Shown here: in pieces, positions 18,886 through 27,578 of the stretch | Layout: each line of letters begins with the position of its first letter | Numbering within the stretch: the stretch's first letter is position 1 | From: Desulfobacterales bacterium | GTDB taxonomy: Bacteria; Desulfobacterota; Desulfobacteria; Desulfobacterales; UBA11574 | Assembly: GCA_030145345.1 (NCBI GenBank) | Contig: JAQYVT010000003.1 | Coordinates: 2,318 to 66,317 of the forward strand | Direction: 5' to 3' | DNA: 64,000 nucleotides | The notes under the pieces: model-generated | What the model was told of the DNA's origin: nothing | What the model saw: the letters and a program-made list of their open reading frames with translations, nothing else | Database searches by the model: none | Translations under genes and position numbers: made by a program

Positions 18886-19668
18886 CTATCTGCCTTTGTA
18901 CACAGGTTTTCGCTTCGCTTGAAAGGCGGCAAGGCCTTCGCGTCGATCCTCTGTTGGAATGGTTACCCAATATGCATTCGATTCAATACCAAGACCCGTG
19001 TGAAGATCGGTTTCGAGCCCGTAGTTGATGGCATACTTGGCCTGTTCAATGGCGATGGGCCCGGTTTCACAGATCATGGCGGCCATTTTTTGACATTCCT
19101 CTAAAAGCGATTCCGGGTCGGATATTTGATTGACAAGCCCGATCTGAAGGGCTTCCCGGGCGTCCACGCGACGACCGGTAAATATGAGTTCCTTGGCTTT
19201 GCCGCGTCCGATCAGCCTTGGAAGTCTTTGTGTGCCGCCGGCTCCCGGAATGATGGCAAGACGGGTTTCCGTAAGACCCATGGAGGCATTCATGGCCGCG
19301 ACCCGAATGTCGCAGGCAAGGACGAGTTCCGTTCCGCCGCCGAGGGCGACGCCGTTGATGGCTGCAATCACAGGTTTATTGAGGTATTCGATGGACGTAA
19401 AAAGATTTCTTATGGTGAAAATGAATTCCTTTACCTGAAGATCGCCAAAGGTGGTTCTTTCTTTCAAATCTGCGCCGGCACAGAAGGCCTTCCGGCCGGC
19501 GCCGGTAATGATGACCACCCGAACGTTGTTGTTAAATTTAAGTGCATCGACCTGCTCTTTAAGAGAATGAAGCAATGCAAAATTAAAAGAATTCATTACC
19601 TTGGGTCGGTTTAGCGTAAGAACTACGATGCCATCTTTTTCTTCTGCCAAGAGGACCTTTTCATTCAT
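18886..19668 (-). CDS. Enoyl-CoA hydratase (methylglutaconyl-CoA hydratase-like)
   Basis: AFCAGADLKER, ALGGGTEL, ETRLAIIPGAGGTQRLPR. Confidence 0.88.
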   Translation of the reverse strand: MNEKVLLAEEKDGIVVLTLNRPKVMNSFNFALLHSLKEQVDALKFNNNVRVVIITGAGRKAFCAGADLKERTTFGDLQVKEFIFTIRNLFTSIEYLNKPVIAAINGVALGGGTELVLACDIRVAAMNASMGLTETRLAIIPGAGGTQRLPRLIGRGKAKELIFTGRRVDAREALQIGLVNQISDPESLLEECQKMAAMICETGPIAIEQAKYAINYGLETDLHTGLGIESNAYWVTIPTEDRREGLAAFQAKRKPVYKGR

Positions 19669-19686
19669 GAAACCTACCTTCCATTT

Positions 19687-19812
19687 AAAATGCCTAAAAT
19701 GCCTAAAATGATCTAAAATGCCTAAATTGAGAATGCCTAAATTGCCTAAAATGATCTAAAATGTCTAAATTGAGAATGCCTAAAATGCCTAAAATGATCT
19801 AAAATGCCTAAA
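19687..19812 (+). repeat. Tandem array of 12 units with ~43-bp higher-order period (downstream arm, element 2)
   Basis: (9+9+10+9+6 bp) module repeated three times. Confidence 0.95.
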
Positions 19813-19825
19813 GTTGAATAAATGA

Positions 19826-20179
19826 TTATCTTTTTTTGCCGATGGTTGTGAATATTGCAAGCAATTCGCTGCATTCTTCGTATTCAGGTTTGATTTTTTC
19901 CCACGTTAACCATCCTATCTCTATAATTACTTCCAACCAGTACTGAGTTTCACTGGCCTCACTCTCACAAATTTTGATCTTGTTTTTAAAATCAGCTCGA
20001 CTTCTGGATCGGTTTGCCTCACGGTAGTTAGCACCAATAGAGGTCCCAGATTTGGTAATTTGATTTCTTACGACCATGGCCTCGGGAGAGTTGGGCAATG
20101 TTATTGATAAGCGAATAATTTGCACTGCAAATTTTCGAGTGCGCTTTTCAAGATCTTTTGCAAACTGTTTACGTTCCAT
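19826..20179 (-). CDS. Four-helix-bundle protein (23S rRNA intervening-sequence protein / Avd-like family)
   Basis: 117 aa; RTRKFAV...LP...NQITKSGTSIGANYREANRSRSRADFKNKIKICESEASETQYWLE signature of the family. Confidence 0.9.
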   Translation of the reverse strand: MERKQFAKDLEKRTRKFAVQIIRLSITLPNSPEAMVVRNQITKSGTSIGANYREANRSRSRADFKNKIKICESEASETQYWLEVIIEIGWLTWEKIKPEYEECSELLAIFTTIGKKR

Positions 20180-20190
20180 GCGTTACCCAA

Positions 20191-20230
20191 TTTAAGGCAC
20201 TTTAGGCATTTTAGATCATTTTAGGCATTT
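20191..20230 (-). repeat. Inverted repeat arm, 4 units (upstream arm, element 2)
   Basis: TTTAAGGCACTTTAGGCATTTTAGATCATTTTAGGCATTT. Confidence 0.9.
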
Positions 20231-20235
20231 GACCC

Positions 20236-21384
20236 TTAACATCCGATATATCGAGAGATGACGATCCGCTGGACCTCGGAAGTCCCTTCTCCAATGTCCA
20301 GCAGTTTCTGATCGCGATAAAACCTTTCCACATGGTATTCCTTCATGAGACCATATCCGCCGTGGATCTGAACAGCATGGTTCGCCACCCGTCCCATCAG
20401 TTCGGAACAGTATAGCTTGGCCATGGCGGCCTCTTTTTCAAAAGATCTTCTGTGATCTTTCAGCCAGCAGGCTTTGTACAGGAGATTCCGTGCACATTCG
20501 ATTTCAAGGGCGCAGTCTGCCAGCTTGAATGCAACCGCCTGGAACTTGCAAATGGGTTGCCCGAACTGGACCCTCTTTTTGGCGTATTGGAGTGCGGCTT
20601 CATAAGCGCCCTGGGAACCGCCGAGTCCCATGGCGGCAATGGAGAGCCTGCCCCCGTCCAGGGTCGAAAGCATCTGGTGAAAACCGTCTCCCTTTAAACC
20701 CAGAATATTATCTTCGGAGATTCTGACGTCATTGAAGAAGAGTTCAGCGGTGTCTGAAGCACGCCACATCATCTTTTTGTGCATGGGAACAGCTTTAAAT
20801 CCCGGAGTCCCGTGTTCCACCAGAAAGCATGTGTATTCGGGCTTGCCGCTGGGCCTTTTTCCGGTAACCGCCTGAACCGTGACGCCCATGCTAAGTTCAC
20901 TGGCGCCATTGGTGATGAATATTTTTGATCCATTAAGAACCCATTCATTTCCATCCTTTACCGCGGTGGTTTTGCTCCCTCCGGCATCGGAGCCGGCGGA
21001 AGGCTCGGTCAATCCGAAACCCCAGAGCCCTTTGCCGGCACAAAGTTCGGGAAGATATTTTTTCTTTTGTTCCTCTGTACCGAAATAATATATGGGGCCG
21101 ATTCCCAGAGAGTTGCCGGCTGCAACGGTGGCGGCTTGAGATCCATCGACCCTTGCAATTTCTTCCACAGCAATGATGTAGGACAGATAATCCAACCCCT
21201 GACCGTCATCGTCTTCTGAAACAAACATGCCGAAAAGACCGATTTCTCCCATTTTTCGGGTGAGTCCAGCGGAAAACGCCTCTTTTTCATCAAGTTCAAG
21301 AGCGACCGGCGCGATTTCGCTTTGTGCAAATTTCCGGACTTCTCTGCGAATCATTTCCTGTTCTTTTGTTAGATCGAAATCCAA
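20236..21384 (-). CDS. Acyl-CoA dehydrogenase (isovaleryl-CoA dehydrogenase candidate)
   Basis: FGLTEPSAGSDA, NGSKIFITNG, QIHGGYG, IGEGTSEVQR; TTG start after AAGGAG; liu-like operon. Confidence 0.9.
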   Translation of the reverse strand: MDFDLTKEQEMIRREVRKFAQSEIAPVALELDEKEAFSAGLTRKMGEIGLFGMFVSEDDDGQGLDYLSYIIAVEEIARVDGSQAATVAAGNSLGIGPIYYFGTEEQKKKYLPELCAGKGLWGFGLTEPSAGSDAGGSKTTAVKDGNEWVLNGSKIFITNGASELSMGVTVQAVTGKRPSGKPEYTCFLVEHGTPGFKAVPMHKKMMWRASDTAELFFNDVRISEDNILGLKGDGFHQMLSTLDGGRLSIAAMGLGGSQGAYEAALQYAKKRVQFGQPICKFQAVAFKLADCALEIECARNLLYKACWLKDHRRSFEKEAAMAKLYCSELMGRVANHAVQIHGGYGLMKEYHVERFYRDQKLLDIGEGTSEVQRIVISRYIGC

Positions 21385-21539
21385 TGCCACTCTCCTTGAA
21401 ATCGAACTCCGGTTAAATAACAAAAACAGATTTAACTGGGCGAACAAAAATTAGAATTTTTGAAATGTTTCTACCTTTATGTCCGGCTTTCGAGACAGCT
21501 TGAAATGATGAATTCGTTAATGGTCTTTTGAAGGAAGCA

Positions 21540-22316
21540 TTAGCGGCACTTCCATTTCGGGTTCCGTTTTTCCAAAAAAGCGTCGATTCCTTCCAGGGCA
21601 TCGTCTGTCGCACACAGGGAAGCAAACAATTCATCCATATAGTCAATGGCTTGATGGTAAGGAATTTCAGACATGGCGTAGACGCCGGCTTTTCCGGTCT
21701 GCACCGCCAGGGGGCTTTTTTGAGCAAGTTTAGCGGCAAGCGCCATGGTTTCGGCTTCAAGTTCGTCGGGCGGCACGATTTTGTTGATAAGTCCGAGCCG
21801 TTCAGCTTCGGGGGCGGAAATAATATCTCCGGTCAGGATCATTTCAAGGGCTTTCTTGCGGCCCACATGACGCGCCAGGGGAACCGCCGGACCCAGACAG
21901 ATCAATCCCACGTTGATGGCGGTGGTTCCGAACCGCGCATTTTCGGCAGCCACTGCCAGGTCACATGCAAAGACAAGACCTGCGCCGTTGGCCACTGCAG
22001 CGCCTTTGACCGAAGCGATCACCGGCTTTTTCATTCGAGGCAGAGTATGGTAGAATTCATCCATTAAATTTAGAAACTCCCGGAGTTCTTTGGGGCTTTT
22101 CCCCTGGAACTCCGGAAGAGAGATGCCGGTTGAAAAATGTTTGCCTGCCGCGCGTATCACCACCACACGCACTTCGTCGTCTTGATCCAAATCCCAAAGG
22201 GCGTCATTCAAAGCTCTGGCAAAGGGGACATTAAAGGTGTTCATGTCTTCGGGCCGGTTCAGGGTAATCAGTCCGATCATATCCTGCTTATCGATTAAAA
22301 CGGGGGTTTTTTCCAT
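21540..22316 (-). CDS. Enoyl-CoA hydratase/isomerase family protein
   Basis: LNRPEDMNTF, KPVIASVKGAAVANG, AERLGLINKIV. Confidence 0.88.
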   Translation of the reverse strand: MEKTPVLIDKQDMIGLITLNRPEDMNTFNVPFARALNDALWDLDQDDEVRVVVIRAAGKHFSTGISLPEFQGKSPKELREFLNLMDEFYHTLPRMKKPVIASVKGAAVANGAGLVFACDLAVAAENARFGTTAINVGLICLGPAVPLARHVGRKKALEMILTGDIISAPEAERLGLINKIVPPDELEAETMALAAKLAQKSPLAVQTGKAGVYAMSEIPYHQAIDYMDELFASLCATDDALEGIDAFLEKRNPKWKCR

Positions 22317-22346
22317 GACACACTCCTTTTTTGATAACGAAATGTT

Positions 22347-22507
22347 GACGGCGTCGTAAAAAGTCCCATCTACTGCGTTGTAGTATTTTTTCAGACACTC
22401 GACATACTATATGTATAGCCTCGTTCCTGAAAAAATACTACGCCTTGTATATGAACCTTTTTACTTAGCCATCTATGGTTGAATTCATGACTTTTTGCGA
22501 GATCATC
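22347..22507. mobile_element. MITE with GAyGGyyTCGTAAAAAGTC-type ends and flanking direct repeat AAATGTT
   Basis: 19-bp imperfect TIRs; AAATGTT on both sides; same TIR family at 41004-41213. Confidence 0.75.
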
Positions 22508-22628
22508 AAATGTTAATATCCGTTAAAAACGGCGGTTGGCAATTGTAAATCTTTGAAAGGCATCATAGCATAAATATCGGCCGGTTCACATTATTGTTCG
22601 GTATGATCGATATTTTTGCCAGTCATTA

Positions 22629-22646
22629 TGAGCGAGCGCTCGGTCA
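22629..22646. promoter_or_regulatory. TetR operator candidate TGAGCGAGCGCTCGGTCA, copy 1
   Basis: Near-perfect palindrome with an identical copy at 22791; lies downstream of the minus-strand TTGACA (22684-22689). Confidence 0.7.
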
Positions 22647-22790
22647 CAAGATAATGCTTATTTGTACCCGCGTCTGTCAGATTTGTCAATATCTTTCTTA
22701 TCCCCCGATTTATAAGGCATTATCATGGGTAAAGGTTTTCCGTTTCGGGGAAAGATATTGACATGAAAAACTGGAACGTGCTATGGATTG

Positions 22791-22808
22791 TGAGCGAGCG
22801 CTCGGTCA
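22791..22808. promoter_or_regulatory. TetR operator candidate, copy 2
   Basis: Identical 18-mer downstream of the plus-strand TTGACA (22758-22763) and upstream of tetR. Confidence 0.7.
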
Positions 22809-22860
22809 GAATGAAGGCCATATTCGATCATAACTTGATAGTATAGAAATTTCATTTTTT

Positions 22861-22976
22861 GGACACAGACCCGCCTGCCACGCAAGGCGCGAGCGGGCAG
22901 GTGAACACAGATTATCAAGATTCTTAAAATAAAAAATGATATTATTATCTGTGAATATCTGCGAAAATCTGTGTCC
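22861..22976. repeat. Cargo-less element with inverted ~10-mer arms (ACACAGAT / ATCTGTG)
   Basis: GGACACAGA...GAACACAGATTATCAAGATT versus ATCTGTGAAT ATCTGCGAAA ATCTGTGTCC; a GC-rich palindrome is nested in the left arm. Confidence 0.6.
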
Positions 22977-23016
22977 TATTTAGCTTGAACAAATTTTTAG
23001 GATTATAGCAGAACAA

Positions 23017-23640
23017 ATGCGTGCCACAAAAGGAATTCCCACTCAGATAAAAAACCCTGTTCTTGTGGAGCAGCGGCATCTCCAGATTGTTGATGCTGCG
23101 GTTCAGCTTTTCATCAATCAGGGGTTTCACAAAACCACGACACGGCAGATCGCGCGTGCCGCGGGCCTTTCCATCGGCTCATTGTATGAATATGTCGCTT
23201 CCAAAGAGGATATCCTGTATTTGGTTTGCGATGCAATCCATGCAGAGGTCGAGCGGGGTGTGTCGGAAGCAATGGAAAGAGCGGCAGGAGGCCGAAAGTC
23301 CCTGGCTGAAGCCATCCGTGAGTATTTTTTGGTCTGTAATCGTATGAGTGATCATATTCTGCTTATCTATCAGGAAACTCAATCCCTTCCACCCCAATGG
23401 CGCAAAAAAGTACTGGAAAACGAAGTCCGCATCACCGGTATTTTTATGGAAGTGCTCGAGGGTTTGGTTTCGTCCGGAGATTTGCCCCATTTAAGTGATC
23501 GATCCATGGAACTGATGGCGCACAATATTTCCGTTCTCGGACACATGTGGACGTTTCGACGATGGTTCCTTGCACGGCACTACAGTATTGAGGATTATAT
23601 TAAGTTCCAGACCGAATTTATTCTTGGAATAGCCAAATAA
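23017..23640 (+). CDS. TetR/AcrR-family transcriptional regulator
   Basis: QIVDAAVQLFINQGFHKTTTRQIARAAGLSIGSLYEY HTH. Confidence 0.92.
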   Translation: MRATKGIPTQIKNPVLVEQRHLQIVDAAVQLFINQGFHKTTTRQIARAAGLSIGSLYEYVASKEDILYLVCDAIHAEVERGVSEAMERAAGGRKSLAEAIREYFLVCNRMSDHILLIYQETQSLPPQWRKKVLENEVRITGIFMEVLEGLVSSGDLPHLSDRSMELMAHNISVLGHMWTFRRWFLARHYSIEDYIKFQTEFILGIAK

Positions 23641-23878
23641 AGTTAAACCCTAATTGATCGTAAACAAACTGGGATAAACATTATAAGAATCTAGGTTTTT
23701 TATATATTTTGTAGATACAAATGTGTTTTCATAACGATCCCTAATCCACCCGGACAGTTTCCAGAACGAAATTTAATTATATCTTAAACTCGCATCAAAT
23801 TGATTTGCTAAAAGTGTTTGAAACAGCCTCTAAACATTTTGGTTAAATTTAACACCTTCAATTTTATGAGGAGGGGGC

Positions 23879-26800
23879 ATGAATGTAGACGTTGAAGTTT
23901 GTAGGCCCAAACACCATATCCGGGTCGTTACCGCAACATCTCTTTTTGACGGTCATGACGCGTCCATAAATATCATGCGCCGAATACTCCAGGATGCCGC
24001 CGTTGAGGTCATTCATCTGGGGCACAACCGCTCTGTCCAGGAAATCGTCGATGCTGCGATACAGGAAGATGTTCAGGGAATTGCGGTGTCCAGCTACCAG
24101 GGAGGGCATGTGGAATTTTTCAAATACATTATTGACCTTTTGAAAGAAAAAAGGGTTCCACATATCAAGGTGTTCGGGGGCGGCGGCGGTGTTATCATCC
24201 CTGATGAGATTAGAGCGATGGAAGCCTATGGTGTAACCAAGATATATTCTCCTGAGGACGGCGCCAAAATGGGGCTGCAGGGGATGATTAACCATATGGT
24301 CGAGGCTATGGATTTTTCTACGAACCAAGGAAAGGATTTTAACGTTGCCGGTCTTTCTACAGACGACACGTACACGGTTGCCAACCTTATTACCACTGTT
24401 GAACTGGCCAAAGCAGAAGGAAACGGACACCTTGCCAGGCTTAGAACCGAAATTTTAAACAAAATCGGCAAACGAAAAACACCGGTTATCGGCATTACCG
24501 GAACCGGTGGCGCCGGCAAATCGTCCCTCACGGACGAGCTGATTCTGAGAATTCTCCACGACCTCAAGGACATTAAACTGGCAATTATCAGCAGTGACCC
24601 TTCGCGGCGCAAAACCGGCGGTGCGCTTCTAGGGGACAGAATCCGGATGAATGCCATCGAGAATCCAAGGGTTTACATGCGAAGCCTGGCAACCCGTCGA
24701 TCACAGACAGAAATTCCCCATGCCTTGGCTGAAGCCATAGACGTTGTGAAGGCAGCAGGCTTTGACCTGGTGATTGCAGAAACGGCCGGTATCGGGCAGG
24801 GAGATTCAAGCATTATCGACTTGGTCGATTTGTCGATCTATGTAATGACCAGCGAATTCGGCGCCGCCACGCAGCTCGAAAAGATAGACATGCTCGATTT
24901 TGCAGATCTTGTGGTCATAAACAAATATGAAAAGCGGGGCGGTGAGGATGCGGTCCGGGACGTCCGCAAGCAGGTGCAGCGCAACCGGAAGGCATGGGAC
25001 AAGTCACCCGAGGAAATGCCGGTCTATGGGACCATTGCCTCAAAATTCAATGATGACGGGGTTACGGCCTTGTACCATGCTATTATGGATACGCTGACAA
25101 AAAAAACAGGGATTGTTTTTGACTCGAATCTACCCAGAACCCAAACGTGCATTTCAACATCCAAAACCATCATTATCCCTCCGGAACGCACCCGTTATCT
25201 TGCTGAAATTGCGGATACCATCAGAAGCTATCATCAGAAGACACAAGCGCAAGCGGATGCTGTTCGGAAAGTATGGCACCTAAAAGAGGCTGCAGCAACC
25301 CTAAGCAATGACAATCTTAACGGCGATGCATCAGAAGTTTTAAATCGGCTTAAAGCGGAAATTGCAACGGCCGAAGACGGGCTCCATCCCGAGACGACCC
25401 GTCTGCTTGACGACTGGGAAGAGATCAAAGAAACGTATACCAAAGACGAACTAGTCTACCGTGTGCGAAATCGTGAAATAAGGGTCCCCCTTTACCATCA
25501 ATCGCTCTCGCATACGCCAATCCCGAAGATCGTTCTCCCCAAATTCGAGGATCCCGGAGAAATTTACACCTGGTTAAGGGAAGAAAATGTCCCCGGCCGG
25601 TTTCCGTTTACCGCCGGTGTCTTTCCGCTAAAACGGGTGGACGAAGATCCGACCCGAATGTTTGCCGGAGAAGGCGATCCTGCCAGGACCAACAGAAGAT
25701 TCAAACTGTTGTCTGAAAATTACGCAGCCAAGCGTCTGTCCACGGCGTTTGATTCCGTAACATTATACGGATACGATCCGGATCGAAGACCCGATATTTA
25801 CGGCAAGGTAGGGACTTCGGGAGTCAGTGTATGCACCCTCGACGATGTCAAAGTTTTATATGATGGTTTTAATCTATGTGCCCCCAGCACATCGGTTTCC
25901 ATGACCATCAACGGCCCCGCACCCATAATGCTTGCCATGTTTTTAAACACGGCTGTAGACCAGCAGATTGACGTGTTCCGAAGTGACAAAGGAAGGGCGC
26001 CGACGGAAAAAGAATACAACGACATTCGTTCCATGACGCTGTCCAATGTTCGCGGTACGGTTCAGGCGGACATTTTAAAAGAGGATCAGGGTCAAAACAC
26101 CTGTATCTTCTCCATAGAATTTGCGCTGAAAATGATGGGAGATATCCAGGAATATTTTATAAAAAATGATGTTCGCAATTTCTATTCGGTTTCCATTTCA
26201 GGATACCACATTGCCGAGGCCGGCGCCAATCCGATTACCCAACTGGCCCTCACCCTGGCCAACGGCTTTACCTATGTGGAATATTATCTGTCCCGGGGCA
26301 TGCCCATCGACAGTTTTGCACCCAATTTGTCCTTCTTCTTTTCCAATGGCATGGAACCGGAATATACGGTGATCGGGAGGGTGGCGAGACGCATATGGTC
26401 TATTGCTATCCAAAATAAATACGGCGGGTCGGTCCGGTCTCAGATGATGAAATATCATGTGCAGACATCCGGCCGCTCCTTGCACAGTCAGGACATCCAG
26501 TTTAACGACATCCGGACAACCCTTCAGGCGCTCTGTGCGATTTATGACAACTGCAACAGTCTTCACACCAACGCCTTCGATGAAGCCATTACAACGCCTA
26601 GCAACGAATCGGTCCGGCGTGCACTGGCCATCCAGCTCATCATCAACCGGGAGTGGGGCCTTGCCAAGAATGAAAATATGAACCAGGGGAGCTTTGTGGT
26701 AGAGGAACTGACGCGGCTCGTGGAAGAAGCGGTTCTTTCAGAATTCGACAGGATTGCCGAACGCGGCGGCGTACTCGGCGCCATGGAAACCGGCTACCAG

Positions 26801-27157
26801 CGGAGCAAGATTCAGGAGGAATCGATCTATTATGAGAATCTAAAGCATACCGGTGAATTGCCGATCGTTGGTGTCAATACCTTCCGGGATCCTGACGCCG
26901 ATCTGGAACAGCTGTCTGAATGTATTGAACTGTCCAGGGCCACCGAAGCTGAAAAGGAATCACAACTCAAGCGTATGGCAGAGTTCAAGAAACGGAATGA
27001 AAAAGAAGCCCCGAAAATGCTCGAACGCCTCCAGAAAACCGTTTTGTCCGGAGATAATATCTTTGTCGAACTTATGGAGACCGTCAAGGGATGCACACTG
27101 GGGCAGATTACCCAGGCATTGTATGATGTGGGGGGGAAGTATCGACGGAACATGTAG
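23879..27157 (+). CDS. icmF: Fused isobutyryl-CoA mutase / MeaI GTPase
   Basis: N-terminal B12-binding DGHDAS, GTPase GTGGAGKSS, mutase barrel ([37 protein letters not shown]); 1092 aa. Confidence 0.93.
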   Translation: MNVDVEVCRPKHHIRVVTATSLFDGHDASINIMRRILQDAAVEVIHLGHNRSVQEIVDAAIQEDVQGIAVSSYQGGHVEFFKYIIDLLKEKRVPHIKVFGGGGGVIIPDEIRAMEAYGVTKIYSPEDGAKMGLQGMINHMVEAMDFSTNQGKDFNVAGLSTDDTYTVANLITTVELAKAEGNGHLARLRTEILNKIGKRKTPVIGITGTGGAGKSSLTDELILRILHDLKDIKLAIISSDPSRRKTGGALLGDRIRMNAIENPRVYMRSLATRRSQTEIPHALAEAIDVVKAAGFDLVIAETAGIGQGDSSIIDLVDLSIYVMTSEFGAATQLEKIDMLDFADLVVINKYEKRGGEDAVRDVRKQVQRNRKAWDKSPEEMPVYGTIASKFNDDGVTALYHAIMDTLTKKTGIVFDSNLPRTQTCISTSKTIIIPPERTRYLAEIADTIRSYHQKTQAQADAVRKVWHLKEAAATLSNDNLNGDASEVLNRLKAEIATAEDGLHPETTRLLDDWEEIKETYTKDELVYRVRNREIRVPLYHQSLSHTPIPKIVLPKFEDPGEIYTWLREENVPGRFPFTAGVFPLKRVDEDPTRMFAGEGDPARTNRRFKLLSENYAAKRLSTAFDSVTLYGYDPDRRPDIYGKVGTSGVSVCTLDDVKVLYDGFNLCAPSTSVSMTINGPAPIMLAMFLNTAVDQQIDVFRSDKGRAPTEKEYNDIRSMTLSNVRGTVQADILKEDQGQNTCIFSIEFALKMMGDIQEYFIKNDVRNFYSVSISGYHIAEAGANPITQLALTLANGFTYVEYYLSRGMPIDSFAPNLSFFFSNGMEPEYTVIGRVARRIWSIAIQNKYGGSVRSQMMKYHVQTSGRSLHSQDIQFNDIRTTLQALCAIYDNCNSLHTNAFDEAITTPSNESVRRALAIQLIINREWGLAKNENMNQGSFVVEELTRLVEEAVLSEFDRIAERGGVLGAMETGYQRSKIQEESIYYENLKHTGELPIVGVNTFRDPDADLEQLSECIELSRATEAEKESQLKRMAEFKKRNEKEAPKMLERLQKTVLSGDNIFVELMETVKGCTLGQITQALYDVGGKYRRNM

Positions 27158-27284
27158 CCGAAATGCCTAAAATGATCTAAAATGCCTAAATTGCCTAAAA
27201 TTACATTTAGGGTACGGTCATACGAACTGGACAGTCCAAAAATCTTCTAACTTTTTGAAATTATTAAGACCACAAAATAATCGC

Positions 27285-27365
27285 CGTCATTCCCGCGAAA
27301 GCGGGAATCCAGAACATCATCAGCAACAGATGATTCCTGGATGCCGGATCAAGTCCGGCATGACG
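27285..27365. repeat. REP/dRS3-like palindrome doublet
   Basis: CGTCATTCCCGCGAAAGCGGGAATCCAG ... CTGGATGCCGGATCAAGTCCGGCATGACG. Confidence 0.75.
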
Positions 27366-27387
27366 AGAGAACTTTAGACGCTCAAGA

Positions 27388-27444
27388 TACGAAGAATTCA
27401 GCGAATTGCTTGCAATATTTATCTCAATGGGGAAAAGCAAATAA
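27388..27444 (+). pseudogene. 3' remnant of four-helix-bundle gene
   Basis: Translates YEEFSELLAIFISMGKSK*, matching YEECSELLAIFTSIGKNK* of copy 1. Confidence 0.85.
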
Positions 27445-27578
27445 AATTGGCAATTCCACTTAAATTTAGGCATTTTAGATCATTTTAGGCAATTTAGGCA
27501 ATTTAGGCATTTCAACTCGAGATGCTTTACCGGACTATCTATATTAGACAATACCAACAAGCATATAAAGGGGATAAT

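Larger units (their letters stand above)
27161..27512 (+). mobile_element. Decayed third repeat-armed four-helix-bundle element
   Basis: Left arm 27161-27200 (4 units), inverted right arm 27464-27512 (5 units), gene remnant in between. Confidence 0.8.

Noticed and set aside
15422-20179. Diversity-generating retroelement (Avd-like gene plus near-identical repeats)
   Set aside because: No reverse transcriptase in the window; differences between the copies are mostly synonymous and not adenine-specific.
23690-23832. IS end TTTGAAACAGCCTCTA upstream of icmF
   Set aside because: Only one plausible terminus and no partner repeat, so it cannot be delimited.
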